A stretch of 64,000 nt of DNA, taken from an uncultured Gemmatimonadaceae bacterium. GTDB lineage: Bacteria; Gemmatimonadota; Gemmatimonadetes; Gemmatimonadales; Gemmatimonadaceae. Made by a program: the position numbers and the translations under genes. The notes below the pieces were generated by a model. It was not told the DNA's origin, did not search any database, and saw nothing but the letters and a program-made list of their open reading frames with translations. Shown one piece after another: positions 30,503-40,067 of this stretch. Position 1 is the stretch's first letter; the number at the start of each line of letters is the position of its first letter. The stretch lies in contig CAWGJO010000021.1 of NCBI GenBank assembly GCA_963822945.1, positions 32,001 through 96,000 of the forward strand. The letters run 5' to 3'.

Positions 30503-30614
30503 GACTGTCCGACTGTCCGACTGTCCGACTGTCCGACTGTCCGACTGTCCGACTGTCCGACTGTCCGACTGTCCGACTGTCCGACTGTCCGACTGTCCGA
30601 CTGTCCGACTGTCC
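30503..30614 (+). repeat. Perfect tandem array (GACTGTCC)x14
   Basis: 112 bp with no mismatch; reverse complement of the unit at 29412-29477; between the convergent yajQ and sigma factor stops. Confidence 0.98.
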
Positions 30615-30620
30615 GCCTTC

Positions 30621-31481
30621 CTACCCGAGATAACTCTCCAGCGCCCTCGCCCGGCTCACGTGCCGCAGCCGGCTCAGCGCCTTCTCCTTGATCTGCCGCA
30701 CACGCTCCCGCGTGATGCCGAGTAGGGCGCCGATCTCCTCCAGCGTCATCGGCTCCGCCTGGTCGCCGAGGCCGAAGTAGAGGCGGAGAATCTTCGACTC
30801 CCGCTCCTTGAGGTGCGACAGGGCCTCCTCGATCGACTCGGTGAGCGCCTTCTCGAAGGTCTGCTCGTCGGGCGTGGGATTGAGGTTGTCGGGCAAATAG
30901 TCGAGGAGCTTATTGTCCTCGCCGGGCGTGAGGGGGGCATCGAGCGAGAGGTGGGTCTGCGAGATCGACATCGTCTTCGCGACTTCCTCTTCGGTGATGT
31001 CCATCCCGTCGGCGATCTCGGCGTGCGTGGCCTCGCGCCCCAGTTCCTGCAGCAGCACGTTGGCGCGCTTGCCGATGCGGTGGAGCGTGCCGGCCCGGTT
31101 GAGCGGCACGCGGACGATGCGCGACTGCTCGGCCAGGGCCTGCAGGATGGCCTGGCGAATCCACCAGACGGCGTACGAGATGAACTTGATGCCCTTGGTC
31201 TCGTCGAACTTGTGGGCGGCGCGAATGAGGCCGAGGTTGCCCTCGTTGATCAGGTCGGACAGCGACACGCCCTGGTTCTGGTACTTCTTGGCCACCGACA
31301 CCACGAACCGCAGGTTGGAGCGCACGAGCTTGTCGAGCGCCTCCTGGTCGTGCTTCCGGATCCGCTTGGCGAGCGCCACCTCTTCCTCACGCGAGATGAG
31401 TGGGTAGGCGCTGATGTCCCGCAGATACTGATCGAGAGAGCCTTCCTCGAACGACGTCTTCTTGGGGCCAGGCGTTGGCAT
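30621..31481 (-). CDS. RpoD/SigA-family sigma-70 factor (no region 1.1)
   Basis: NLRFVVSVAKKY, DLINEGNLGL, KFISYAVWWIRQ, TRERVRQI. Confidence 0.95.
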   Translation of the reverse strand: MPTPGPKKTSFEEGSLDQYLRDISAYPLISREEEVALAKRIRKHDQEALDKLVRSNLRFVVSVAKKYQNQGVSLSDLINEGNLGLIRAAHKFDETKGIKFISYAVWWIRQAILQALAEQSRIVRVPLNRAGTLHRIGKRANVLLQELGREATHAEIADGMDITEEEVAKTMSISQTHLSLDAPLTPGEDNKLLDYLPDNLNPTPDEQTFEKALTESIEEALSHLKERESKILRLYFGLGDQAEPMTLEEIGALLGITRERVRQIKEKALSRLRHVSRARALESYLG

Positions 31482-31564
31482 GCGAACGACGACTCCTGGT
31501 AGCGACGAACGTCGGCGCCTATGCGCGCCGCCCGGACGGGAACACCACAGGTGGGATCATCACT

Positions 31565-32359
31565 TCAGCGTACGAACTCGCCCAGCCGCTTCCAGCGGAC
31601 GTGGGTCATCCAGGCGAAGGCCCGGTCCGACGAGTCCGGCGCGTAACTGTAATAGATCAGGATGGGACGGCCCGTGACAAGGGAGTCGGGCACGAATCCC
31701 CAATATCGGCTGTCGAGCGAGTCGTCGCGATTATCACCCAGGACGAAGTAATGCTTGGGCGGCACGACCAGCGGTCCCCAGTTGTTGCGCGACGGGTGGT
31801 AGCTCACCGCCGCCCCCGCGCTGCGCACCAGATAGTTCCGCTGCCACGTGAATTCCTCGCCCGACGGATCCATGTCGGGCGCCTCTCGCCGGACGTAGTT
31901 CTCCTTCACCATCCGGCCGTTGCGGATCAGGATGCCGTTGTGCATCGACAGCGTGTCGCCCGGCAGCCCGACCAGCCGTTTCACGAAGTTCTTGGTGGGG
32001 TCCACCGGCCAGTCGAACACGATGACGTCGCCGCGACGCGGATGCTCCAGCGCCGGCAGCCGGTCGTGCGTGAACGGGACCTCCGCTCCATAGGCAAGCT
32101 TGTTGACGAGCAGGAAATCGCCCACCATCAGCGTGTTCTCCATGCTGCCGGTGGGGATCTTGAAGGCTTCGACGAAGAAGGTCCGGATGACCAGGAAGAG
32201 GGCCACCGAGATCCAGAAGATCTTGGTCCACTCCCACAGGAAGGCGAGCGGGCCCGCACCCCGATTGGCCTCGCGCAACGCCTCGTTGCGCCGCTCCGGC
32301 GTCACGGGTTGCGACGACGGCGCCGGATTACCTGAGGTTTCGGTGTCGTTCACTTCCAT
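31565..32359 (-). CDS. lepB: Signal peptidase I
   Basis: IPTGSMENTL, FVKRLVGLPGD, GDNRDDSLDSR. Confidence 0.95.
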   Translation of the reverse strand: MEVNDTETSGNPAPSSQPVTPERRNEALREANRGAGPLAFLWEWTKIFWISVALFLVIRTFFVEAFKIPTGSMENTLMVGDFLLVNKLAYGAEVPFTHDRLPALEHPRRGDVIVFDWPVDPTKNFVKRLVGLPGDTLSMHNGILIRNGRMVKENYVRREAPDMDPSGEEFTWQRNYLVRSAGAAVSYHPSRNNWGPLVVPPKHYFVLGDNRDDSLDSRYWGFVPDSLVTGRPILIYYSYAPDSSDRAFAWMTHVRWKRLGEFVR

Positions 32360-32530
32360 GCAGCCTCTCGTCCTGCTCCTGCTCCTGCGCATGCCGCGAC
32401 CGGGCGGGAACCGTGATTCGTGGCCGGCACGCGCGAAGTCCTGCGGGGGTCTGTGTCTGGAATTAACGGTACCCGGTGCGGGATGCAAGCAAGCCGGCGC
32501 GCCCACCCGGGCGCGCCGCCCCCCCGCCGG

Positions 32531-34018
32531 CTAGTAGTTGTCGATCTGCGCCCGCTGCAGCGCCCCGGAGAAGTCCACATATCCCACCTTCGTCTCCGAA
32601 TAGAACTCATATACCTCCCACCCGCCTTCGCGGTGGCCGTTCCCCGTCTGTTTGACCCCGCCGAACGGAAGATGTGCCTCAGCGCCGATCGTCGGCGCGT
32701 TGATGTACGTGATCCCGTTGTCGAGTTCGTTCAGGGCCCGGAACGCCAGATTCACATCGCGCGTGTACAGGGATGACGACAGACCGTACTTCACGTCATT
32801 GTTCACCGCGAACGCCTCGTCGGCGTCGTTCACACGCACCACCGACAGCACCGGCCCGAAGATCTCTTCCTGCTCGATGCGCATCCCCGCCTGCACCCGG
32901 GCGAAGATCGTGGGCTCGAAGTACCAACCGTTCTCCAGGCCCTTCCCGGTGGCCCGGCGCCCACCGCACAGCAGGTCGGCCCCCTCGGACTGTCCCACGT
33001 CCACGTAGTGCTCCGTCTTCCGGATCGCGGCTTCGTTGATCATCGGGCCCACATCGGTTCCCGCCTTGCGGCCGTCGCCGAGCTTCAGCTGTTTCACCCG
33101 GTCCACCAGCTTCCCCAGGAACCGGTCGTGGACGCCACCCTGCACGATGAGCCGGCTGGTGGCGGTGCACCGCTGGCCGGTGGTCCCGAAGGCGCCCCAA
33201 AGCACGCCGTCGAGCGCCAGGTCCAGATCGGCATCGTCGAGCACGATCATCGCGTTCTTCCCGCCCATCTCGAGCGAGAGCCGCTTGTGCATGCGGCCGC
33301 AGGTCTCGCCGACGAGCTTCCCCGTATCGGTGGACCCGGTGAACGACACCAGCGGGATGTCGGGATGCTCCACGATCGCCTTGCCGGCCTGCTCGCCGAC
33401 GCCGTGCACCAACTGCACCACCTCGGGCGGCACCCCCGCCTCGAGCAGGATCTCCACGAACACATGCCCGGTGTGCGGCACGTCCTCGGCCGGCTTGAAG
33501 ATCACCGAATTTCCGCACAGCAGCGCCGGAAAGATCTTCCACGTGGGAATCGCCAGCGGGAAGTTGAACGGCGTGATGATGCCCGCCACGCCGATCGGCC
33601 GCCGGAAGCTCATCGCCCACTTGTTCCGGAGCTCGCTCGGCACCGTGCGGCCGAATAGCTGGCGCCCCTCCGTGGCCGCGTAATAGGCAGTGTCGATTCC
33701 CTCCTGCACGTCGCCCTTGGTCTCCGCCAACGGCTTGCCCATCTCGCGGGTCATCAGATCGGCGATCTCGTCCTTGCGCCGCACGAGCAGATCGCCGGCC
33801 CGGCGCAGTGCGTCGCCGCGGGCCGGTGCCGGCGTCCGCCGCCAGAGGTCGAAGCCGCGCTTGGCGGATTCCACGGCCCGCTGCACATCACTGGCGTCGG
33901 AGCGCGGGAACCGGCCGATCACATCGTTGTGGTCCGCCGGGTTCCGGTTCTCGAAGTATTCGCCGCTGGCCGGCTCGGTCCACTGGCCGGCGATGAAGTT
34001 CTTGAAGGTTTTCGTCAT
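32531..34018 (-). CDS. Aldehyde dehydrogenase family protein
   Basis: TPFNFP, FTGST, LEMGGKN, GQRCTA, EEIFGP. Confidence 0.95.
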   Translation of the reverse strand: MTKTFKNFIAGQWTEPASGEYFENRNPADHNDVIGRFPRSDASDVQRAVESAKRGFDLWRRTPAPARGDALRRAGDLLVRRKDEIADLMTREMGKPLAETKGDVQEGIDTAYYAATEGRQLFGRTVPSELRNKWAMSFRRPIGVAGIITPFNFPLAIPTWKIFPALLCGNSVIFKPAEDVPHTGHVFVEILLEAGVPPEVVQLVHGVGEQAGKAIVEHPDIPLVSFTGSTDTGKLVGETCGRMHKRLSLEMGGKNAMIVLDDADLDLALDGVLWGAFGTTGQRCTATSRLIVQGGVHDRFLGKLVDRVKQLKLGDGRKAGTDVGPMINEAAIRKTEHYVDVGQSEGADLLCGGRRATGKGLENGWYFEPTIFARVQAGMRIEQEEIFGPVLSVVRVNDADEAFAVNNDVKYGLSSSLYTRDVNLAFRALNELDNGITYINAPTIGAEAHLPFGGVKQTGNGHREGGWEVYEFYSETKVGYVDFSGALQRAQIDNY

Positions 34019-34057
34019 GGTATCTCGATCAGGAAAGGGCGTGCCCTCGTGGCACGC

Positions 34058-34537
34058 TCATTGGCACATCCAGCCGGCCGGATGGCGAAGGTCCGGCTTC
34101 GCGTAGCCGACGCGGGGCAGCACCTCCATGGAACCCAGCACGAGCCCCCACAGGAGGATTAACAGGGAGAGCACGTGAGCGCGAGCCGCGCGGTGGCGCC
34201 AGGTCCAGACGGCGCTCCACCCGCCGCTGACGGCCACCACGGTGACGGCCGCCAGGTAGGCGAACAGCCCGAACCCGCACCGGGACTCGTACGGCCAGAC
34301 GACGATCGCCACGCCCAGCACCACGGAGAGGGTGAGGCGCGCGAAGACACCGAACCCGCCGGTGGCGCGAACCGGCTTCTCGTCTGGCGTCGTGGCCCTG
34401 GCGCCCGGCGTACCCGACGGTCCCCCCGGGCGGCCCCGCGCGTCCGACGTGCGCGCCGGCACCGGCTCATCGGCGGGCATCCCCTGCAGTTGTTTGTCGA
34501 TCTTGGCGAGTTCCTTCGACCAGTCGCGTTCCGCCAC
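34058..34537 (-). CDS. Hypothetical 3-TM membrane protein
   Basis: N-terminal DWSKELAKIDKQL; three hydrophobic segments; in operon context. Confidence 0.65.
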   Translation of the reverse strand: MAERDWSKELAKIDKQLQGMPADEPVPARTSDARGRPGGPSGTPGARATTPDEKPVRATGGFGVFARLTLSVVLGVAIVVWPYESRCGFGLFAYLAAVTVVAVSGGWSAVWTWRHRAARAHVLSLLILLWGLVLGSMEVLPRVGYAKPDLRHPAGWMCQ

Positions 34538-34560
34538 GGTGGCTCCTTGCGTTGTCGTGC

Positions 34561-35937
34561 TCAGTCCGCGCCTTCGCGGCTCAGCCCGTATCGTTCCATC
34601 TTCTTGTAGAGATTCGACCGCGGCATCTCGAGCCCGCGCGCCGTCTCCGAAACGTTCCAGTCGTATTCGCGCAGCTTGGCCAGCAGGAACGCCCGCTCCG
34701 CGACCTGCCGGAATTCATCGAACGTGCGAGCCTGCATCGCCGCCCCCATCGCCGCGGCGCCCGCATCGCCGTCCCCGCCGCCCACCAGCCGGTCCACGTC
34801 CTCGACGGTGACCATCGGACCGGCCGCCAGAATCAGCAACCGCTCGATGGTGTTGCGCAATTCACGCACGTTGCCCGGCCAGTCCAGCCCGGCCAACCGA
34901 GCCGTCGCCTCGGGGGCGAACTGCCGCGGCGGCACTCCTTCGTGCTTGGTGAGCACCGCGGTGAAATGCGCGATGAGCAGCGGAATGTCCTCCCGCCGCT
35001 CGCGCAGCGGCGGCACGTGAATCGGCACGACGTGGAGCCGGTAGAACAGATCGTCGCGAAACCGTCCGGCGGCGATCTCCTCCTCGAGCTTCTTGTTGGT
35101 GGCCGCCAGCACGCGGACGTCCACCGACACCGGCTTGGCACCGCCGATGCGCGTGACCACGCCGTCCTGCAACACGCGCAGCACCTTGGCCTGCGCGGCC
35201 AGGCTCATGTCGCCGATCTCGTCCAGGAACAGCGTGCCGCCGTGCGCCTGCTCGAACTTCCCGGCCCGATCGGCGCTGGCGCCGGTGAACGAGCCCTTCA
35301 GGTGCCCGAACAGCTCGCTCTCGATCAATTCCCCGGGAATGGCCGCGCAGTTGACCTCGACGAACGGCTTCGCCGAGCGCTGCGACCGCCGGTGGATGGC
35401 GCGCGCCACCAACTCCTTGCCGGTGCCGTTCTCTCCGGTGATCAACACCCGCGCCGGCGTCGCGCCCACCTTCTCGATCTTGTCGATCACGGCCCGGATG
35501 GCCCGTGATTTGCCCACGATCTCGTAGCGCGACTCGATGGTCTCGCGCAACCGCGTATTCTCTTCGTCGAGCGCCAGGTGCGACAGCGCGTTGCGCAGCG
35601 TCACCAGGATGCGGTCGGTATCGAGCGGCTTCTCGAGAATGTCGTAGGCGCCCAGCTGCGTGGCTTCGACCGCCGTCTGGATCGTGGCGTGCCCGCTGAT
35701 CATGACCACGATCGCTTTCGGGTCGAGTTCGCGCAGCTGCCGCAGCGCCTCCAGGCCGTCCATCCCCGCCATCTTCACGTCGAGGAACACGAGTTGCGGC
35801 GTCCATCGCCGGTATTCCGCGATCCCGTCGGTGCCGTTCGACGCACCGCGGACCTCGTAGCCCTCGAACTCCAGGAGCTGCGTCAGCGCGGCGCGAACGC
35901 CCTGCTCGTCGTCGACGATGAGAATGCGGCGGCTCAT
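34561..35937 (-). CDS. Sigma-54-dependent response regulator (NtrX/NtrC-like)
   Basis: Receiver ILIVDDE..FLDVKM; GENGTGKE; GSFTGA; WPGNVREL; Fis-type HTH. Confidence 0.93.
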   Translation of the reverse strand: MSRRILIVDDEQGVRAALTQLLEFEGYEVRGASNGTDGIAEYRRWTPQLVFLDVKMAGMDGLEALRQLRELDPKAIVVMISGHATIQTAVEATQLGAYDILEKPLDTDRILVTLRNALSHLALDEENTRLRETIESRYEIVGKSRAIRAVIDKIEKVGATPARVLITGENGTGKELVARAIHRRSQRSAKPFVEVNCAAIPGELIESELFGHLKGSFTGASADRAGKFEQAHGGTLFLDEIGDMSLAAQAKVLRVLQDGVVTRIGGAKPVSVDVRVLAATNKKLEEEIAAGRFRDDLFYRLHVVPIHVPPLRERREDIPLLIAHFTAVLTKHEGVPPRQFAPEATARLAGLDWPGNVRELRNTIERLLILAAGPMVTVEDVDRLVGGGDGDAGAAAMGAAMQARTFDEFRQVAERAFLLAKLREYDWNVSETARGLEMPRSNLYKKMERYGLSREGAD

Positions 35938-36016
35938 CACGAACCCGCGGCGTGGGGATGGGGGTGCATCGATCAAAGCTACCCGCGCGCGCCGCCCCCG
36001 CCAACGACGGCGCGAG

Positions 36017-36667
36017 TCACTTGAGCCCCTTGTACAGGGTGATGTGTCCATCGGCCACGCGAATGTCCACCATGTACGGCGGGGTCGGAATGGGCAGCGA
36101 CTGGGCGTGAACGCTGTCCAGCCCGGCCCCGCGCGCCACGCGTCCCAGCAGCTTCGGAATCACCGGCGAGGGAACGCTGAACCGTCCCAGCGTGATCTTC
36201 GTGACGCGGTACTCCGTGAGCCCCGGGTGCACGACATGGAAGGTCCCGGCCAGTTGCATTCGCTCGCGCTCGCCGAGCATGGACGCGAGCGGACCGAGCA
36301 CGGCACTGCCGCCGAGCTCGCGGAGTTTCACGTTCGCGCGCACGTACAACTCGTCGCCCACCACCGCCGCCGCCGCGCTGTCCGCCGGCGCCGGCATGCG
36401 CCCCATCAGCGCCTGCATCACGTACGCCGCCGCGTCACCGGCGGCGACGTTCTGGAACACCGGCCCGTTCACCTTGCGCAGGCTGTCGAGCGCCCCCTGC
36501 GCCCGGCGCGCGCCCTCGGGCGTGAGCGGCTCCCAGTGGATGGGCACCTCGGCTACCGGAGGCCGCGACAGATGGAGCGAGCTCATCCAGCGGTCGCGGG
36601 TCAGCCAGGCGCCGATGCCGAGCAGGATCAGGACCACCAGACAGCCGAGTCGTGCGATGCATCCCAT
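36017..36667 (-). CDS. Hypothetical membrane-anchored protein
   Basis: GCIARLGCLVVLILL TM followed by a soluble domain. Confidence 0.65.
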   Translation of the reverse strand: MGCIARLGCLVVLILLGIGAWLTRDRWMSSLHLSRPPVAEVPIHWEPLTPEGARRAQGALDSLRKVNGPVFQNVAAGDAAAYVMQALMGRMPAPADSAAAAVVGDELYVRANVKLRELGGSAVLGPLASMLGERERMQLAGTFHVVHPGLTEYRVTKITLGRFSVPSPVIPKLLGRVARGAGLDSVHAQSLPIPTPPYMVDIRVADGHITLYKGLK

Positions 36668-36670
36668 GGG

Positions 36671-37237
36671 TCAGCGTTCCCGGAGGAGAGAGGAATGAAG
36701 CAGTTCGTGCTCCGCCCCGTCGGGACGGAGTGTGCTGCGCATGAGGTCGATGCTGCGGACGATCGCCGGGATGGGCGGCGGCGATGCGCGCTTCGCCGCC
36801 CGCGAGAGTTCGCGCAGCACGTCGACCCCGGGGCGCTGGCCCACGCGGCCGAGCGTCACGTGCGGGCGAAAGGGCTTCCCGTCGATCGGAAGGCCCAGCG
36901 CATCCGCCGCCACCTCGACGTCGTGGTGCAGGATCTCGAGCCGCGGGTCGTCATCCATACCGATCCATACGACACGAGCCCGCCGAAAGTTCGGAAAGGC
37001 CCCGAATTCGCCGAGTGACGATTCGAATGCAGCGTGCCCGTGCGCCACGCGGTCCATGGCCGTCGCCACCGCATCGGCCATCGCCTCGGGCTGCTCGCCC
37101 AGGAACTTGAGCGTCAGGTGCACGCGTCCGGCCGACACCCACGACACGCCGGGCGCCGCGTCCCGCAGCGGCGCGGCCGCCGCGTGCACCGCCGCCCGGA
37201 CCGCGGGTTCGAAGTTAATGGCGAGAAACAGCCGCAC
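36671..37237 (-). CDS. thpR: RNA 2',3'-cyclic phosphodiesterase (2H family)
   Basis: MRLFLAI, HLTLKFLG, FRPHVTLGR. Confidence 0.92.
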   Translation of the reverse strand: MRLFLAINFEPAVRAAVHAAAAPLRDAAPGVSWVSAGRVHLTLKFLGEQPEAMADAVATAMDRVAHGHAAFESSLGEFGAFPNFRRARVVWIGMDDDPRLEILHHDVEVAADALGLPIDGKPFRPHVTLGRVGQRPGVDVLRELSRAAKRASPPPIPAIVRSIDLMRSTLRPDGAEHELLHSSLLRER

Positions 37238-38120
37238 CGGCCGCCGGCGGCGAAGGGGCGGCGTCCGCCGCCGTGGGCAACACGCCCGCCAGCACGTTCA
37301 GCGACCCCGACCGGTAGCCATGCGGGTCGATCTCCACGGTCGCGAACCCGGCGGAGAGGACCGCCGCGCGGATCAGCGCCGTCTGCGACGGCCGCGTCCA
37401 CCACGACAGTTCCCGCACGTCGATCTCCACGCGCGCCGTCTCGCCGTGGTGGCGCACTCGCAGATCGCCGCACACGCCGAGCTTCCGCAACTCCTCCTCG
37501 GCCACCTCGACCTGGCGCAGCCGCTCGATGGTCACGGCGGTGCCATACGGCAACCGCGACGACAGACAGGGCGACGACGGTTGCTGCCAGGTGGGGATGC
37601 CGCGCACGCGCGACCGCTCGCGGATGTCGGCCTTGGTGAGGCCCGCTTCGGCAAGCGGTGACGCGACGGCGTATTCGCGTCCGGCCTGTGCGCCCGGCCG
37701 GTAGTCGCCGCGATCGTCGGCGTTGGTCCCGTCGGCCACGACGTCGAATCCACGGCGGCGCGCTTCCGGCACGAGCCGCGTCCACAGTTCGGTCTTGCAG
37801 AAGTAGCACCGATTCGTGGGATTGGCGGCGTAGCGAGGATCGTGCAACTCGTCGGTATCGATCTCCACCACCGGCACGCCGAAATCGTCGGCCACGCGGC
37901 GCGCCATCTCCCACTGCGCGGCGGGATACGAGGCGCTCCGCCCGATGATGGCCAGCACGCCGTCGGGACCCAGCGTCTCCACGGCCACGCACGCCAGGTA
38001 CGCGGAGTCCACACCGCCACTGAAGCCCACGGCCACGCGCCCCCGGGCGCGGAGCCAGTCGACGAGCGCCTGCTCGCGAGTCAGCGACATCTGGACGGTG
38101 GAGATCTCGGGTCCCGGCAT
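37215..38120 (-). CDS. larE: LarE family ATP-dependent sulfur transferase
   Basis: FSGGVDS PP-loop, RCYFCK, DGTNADD, CLSSR, GYRSGS. Confidence 0.88.
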   Translation of the reverse strand: MPGPEISTVQMSLTREQALVDWLRARGRVAVGFSGGVDSAYLACVAVETLGPDGVLAIIGRSASYPAAQWEMARRVADDFGVPVVEIDTDELHDPRYAANPTNRCYFCKTELWTRLVPEARRRGFDVVADGTNADDRGDYRPGAQAGREYAVASPLAEAGLTKADIRERSRVRGIPTWQQPSSPCLSSRLPYGTAVTIERLRQVEVAEEELRKLGVCGDLRVRHHGETARVEIDVRELSWWTRPSQTALIRAAVLSAGFATVEIDPHGYRSGSLNVLAGVLPTAADAAPSPPAAGAAVSRH

Positions 38121-38178
38121 TGACGAATTGTAGTTTCTCCGGGCGCCGCTCGGCAGGGCAGGCCCGGCGCAACGCCGT

Positions 38179-39945
38179 TCAGCGATCGCTCGTCACCGGG
38201 CAGAGCGCCTTGAGCTGGCTGGCCACGTAGGGCCGCAGCGTCGACGCATAGTCCAGGAACTGTTGGGCGGCGTCGGGCGCCACCGACCGGCCGGTGGCCA
38301 GGTTGGTCTCCGCCTCGGCGAGCGTGGAATCGGCCAGCCGGACCAGCTCGCAGCTCTTGGCAGCCGGCGCCTCGGTGGCCGCGGCCTGACTTACCGAGAG
38401 CGCGGAGGCACCGAGCAGGAACGCCGATTCGGGCGTGGGCACGAGCCGGTTGGCCAGTTGGAGAAACTGCCGTGCGTGCTCGAAGTCCGCGCGCCGCTTC
38501 GTCCCGTTGGCGCTCGCGTAGAGCGCGTTTCCCCGCGCCAGAGCGAACTGGGCCACGGTGCCCGTCGACTCGCCGTTGGCCAACGCCGCGTCGAGCGCGG
38601 CCAGCGCGCTGTCCGGATGCTGGAGCGCCATCTCATCGTCGGCCAGCTGCAGCCAGCCGTGCGGGAGGCGCGGGTTCACGGCCAGCGCAACCCGGATCTC
38701 ACCAACCGCCTGCGCCACCGCCCCCTGGTCCTTGAGCGTCTGTGATGCGATCACGTGCAGGTCCGCCGTTTCGGGGAATCGGGCCAGCCCTCGGGTCAGG
38801 GCGGCCTGGTGCTCCTGCCGCAGGAGTTGCACGTAGAGCGAGTAGAGCGGCGCGTCATCGGGGAACCGGGTGACCCCGGTTGCCACCGTCATCAATGCGC
38901 GCACCGGCTGGCTGTCGGCCCGGTACGCGGAGGCGAGGCGCCGATAGAAGTCCGGATCCACCTTCGACGCTTCGTCGCGCGCCTCCAGACGTTGGCCGGT
39001 GGCCACGGCGGCCTTCCAGTTGGAGGTGGCCAGATGGACCAGCCACTCGAGCTTCAGCAGTTCGAGATCGTCGGGATGCGCCTTGGCGCCTCGCACGATG
39101 AGCGGCTCGGCAAGCGTCGCGTTCCCTTCGCGCGAGAGTGCGTCGACGACTCGACGAATGAGGGAGGCGTTGAGAGAATCGGTGTCGAGCAGGCGCACCC
39201 AGGCCTCGCCGGCACCGGCGGCATCGCCTTTGGCGTCGAGGGTCGTGGCCAGGTACTCGAGCGCGATCGGGCTGGCCGGCCAGCGCACCAGCAGCGCACG
39301 CGCCACCGCCACCACCGAATCCGCGTGGTCCCCCGGCATGCTCCCCAACGCGCTCAGCAGGCAGGCGCGGGCGAGCGTGGCCGGCGGGTACGCGGCGATG
39401 GCGCGAGCGGCCAGCGCCGCTGCCTTGTCGAACGCGCCGGCCCGCACGGCGTTCTCGCATTCGCGCAGCGGCACCATCTGGGAGCGCGCGGCGATGACGT
39501 CGCGGGCCACGGCCTCCGCCGCGTCCCGCACCGACCGCGCGACGGCAGTGATCGGCTGCACCATGCGCGGATCGCGTGTGAGGATGATCTGCGCGTCCAC
39601 ACGGTAGCCGGAATCCGCCGGCGTCACCGTGCCGACCACCTCCTCGTCGGTGCGGAAATGCCGCGCCACCATTTCCCGCTCCGCCGGCAGGAGCGGCATG
39701 TCCTCGTTGTAACCCGACTTTTCCAGCCAGTTCTCCACGCTGCCGGCCGAGACGACGCGCAGCCCCTTGTTGTGAAACGCATCGGCCACGCGGTTGCGCA
39801 CGATGTCCGCCGCCTCGTGCGCGGCATCGCGATCGGCGCCGCGGAACGTCGGCACCATCAGGATCTGCGTGACGAACTTGTCCTGTGCCCGCAGTGGGGC
39901 GGCGAGCATCAGCAGTCCGGCGATCAGTGCGGCGCGCTTCAGCAT
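38179..39945 (-). CDS. Secreted TPR-like repeat protein
   Basis: Signal peptide LRA|Q; Ala-rich helical repeats. Confidence 0.7.
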   Translation of the reverse strand: MLKRAALIAGLLMLAAPLRAQDKFVTQILMVPTFRGADRDAAHEAADIVRNRVADAFHNKGLRVVSAGSVENWLEKSGYNEDMPLLPAEREMVARHFRTDEEVVGTVTPADSGYRVDAQIILTRDPRMVQPITAVARSVRDAAEAVARDVIAARSQMVPLRECENAVRAGAFDKAAALAARAIAAYPPATLARACLLSALGSMPGDHADSVVAVARALLVRWPASPIALEYLATTLDAKGDAAGAGEAWVRLLDTDSLNASLIRRVVDALSREGNATLAEPLIVRGAKAHPDDLELLKLEWLVHLATSNWKAAVATGQRLEARDEASKVDPDFYRRLASAYRADSQPVRALMTVATGVTRFPDDAPLYSLYVQLLRQEHQAALTRGLARFPETADLHVIASQTLKDQGAVAQAVGEIRVALAVNPRLPHGWLQLADDEMALQHPDSALAALDAALANGESTGTVAQFALARGNALYASANGTKRRADFEHARQFLQLANRLVPTPESAFLLGASALSVSQAAATEAPAAKSCELVRLADSTLAEAETNLATGRSVAPDAAQQFLDYASTLRPYVASQLKALCPVTSDR

Positions 39946-40067
39946 GGGCGGATCATGGGGCGGTCCAGTATGTACCACGGTACACCACAGTGGCCAGTCC
40001 TGCGTTGCCCGGGGGTGCACGGCGTGCCGGGCGAGCGCCAAGCCCCCCGGCCGTCGTGCGTGGCGCG

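Noticed and set aside
29412..30614. CRISPR array or complete DGR
   Set aside because: Units are 8 bp with no spacers; no cas genes, reverse transcriptase or TR/VR pair seen in the window.
30501..30725. ORF with repeating TVRLSDCP peptide (and QSDSRTVG in ORF 29393-30151)
   Set aside because: Simple translation of the octamer arrays; overlaps real genes antisense; no RBS.
32371..32388. (TCCTGC)x3 upstream of lepB
   Set aside because: Too short; plausibly an SD-containing low-complexity leader.
34039..34064. Sigma-54-like GGCACG motifs upstream of the aldehyde dehydrogenase
   Set aside because: The -12 GC is missing in both orientations; better explained as a 7-bp hairpin.
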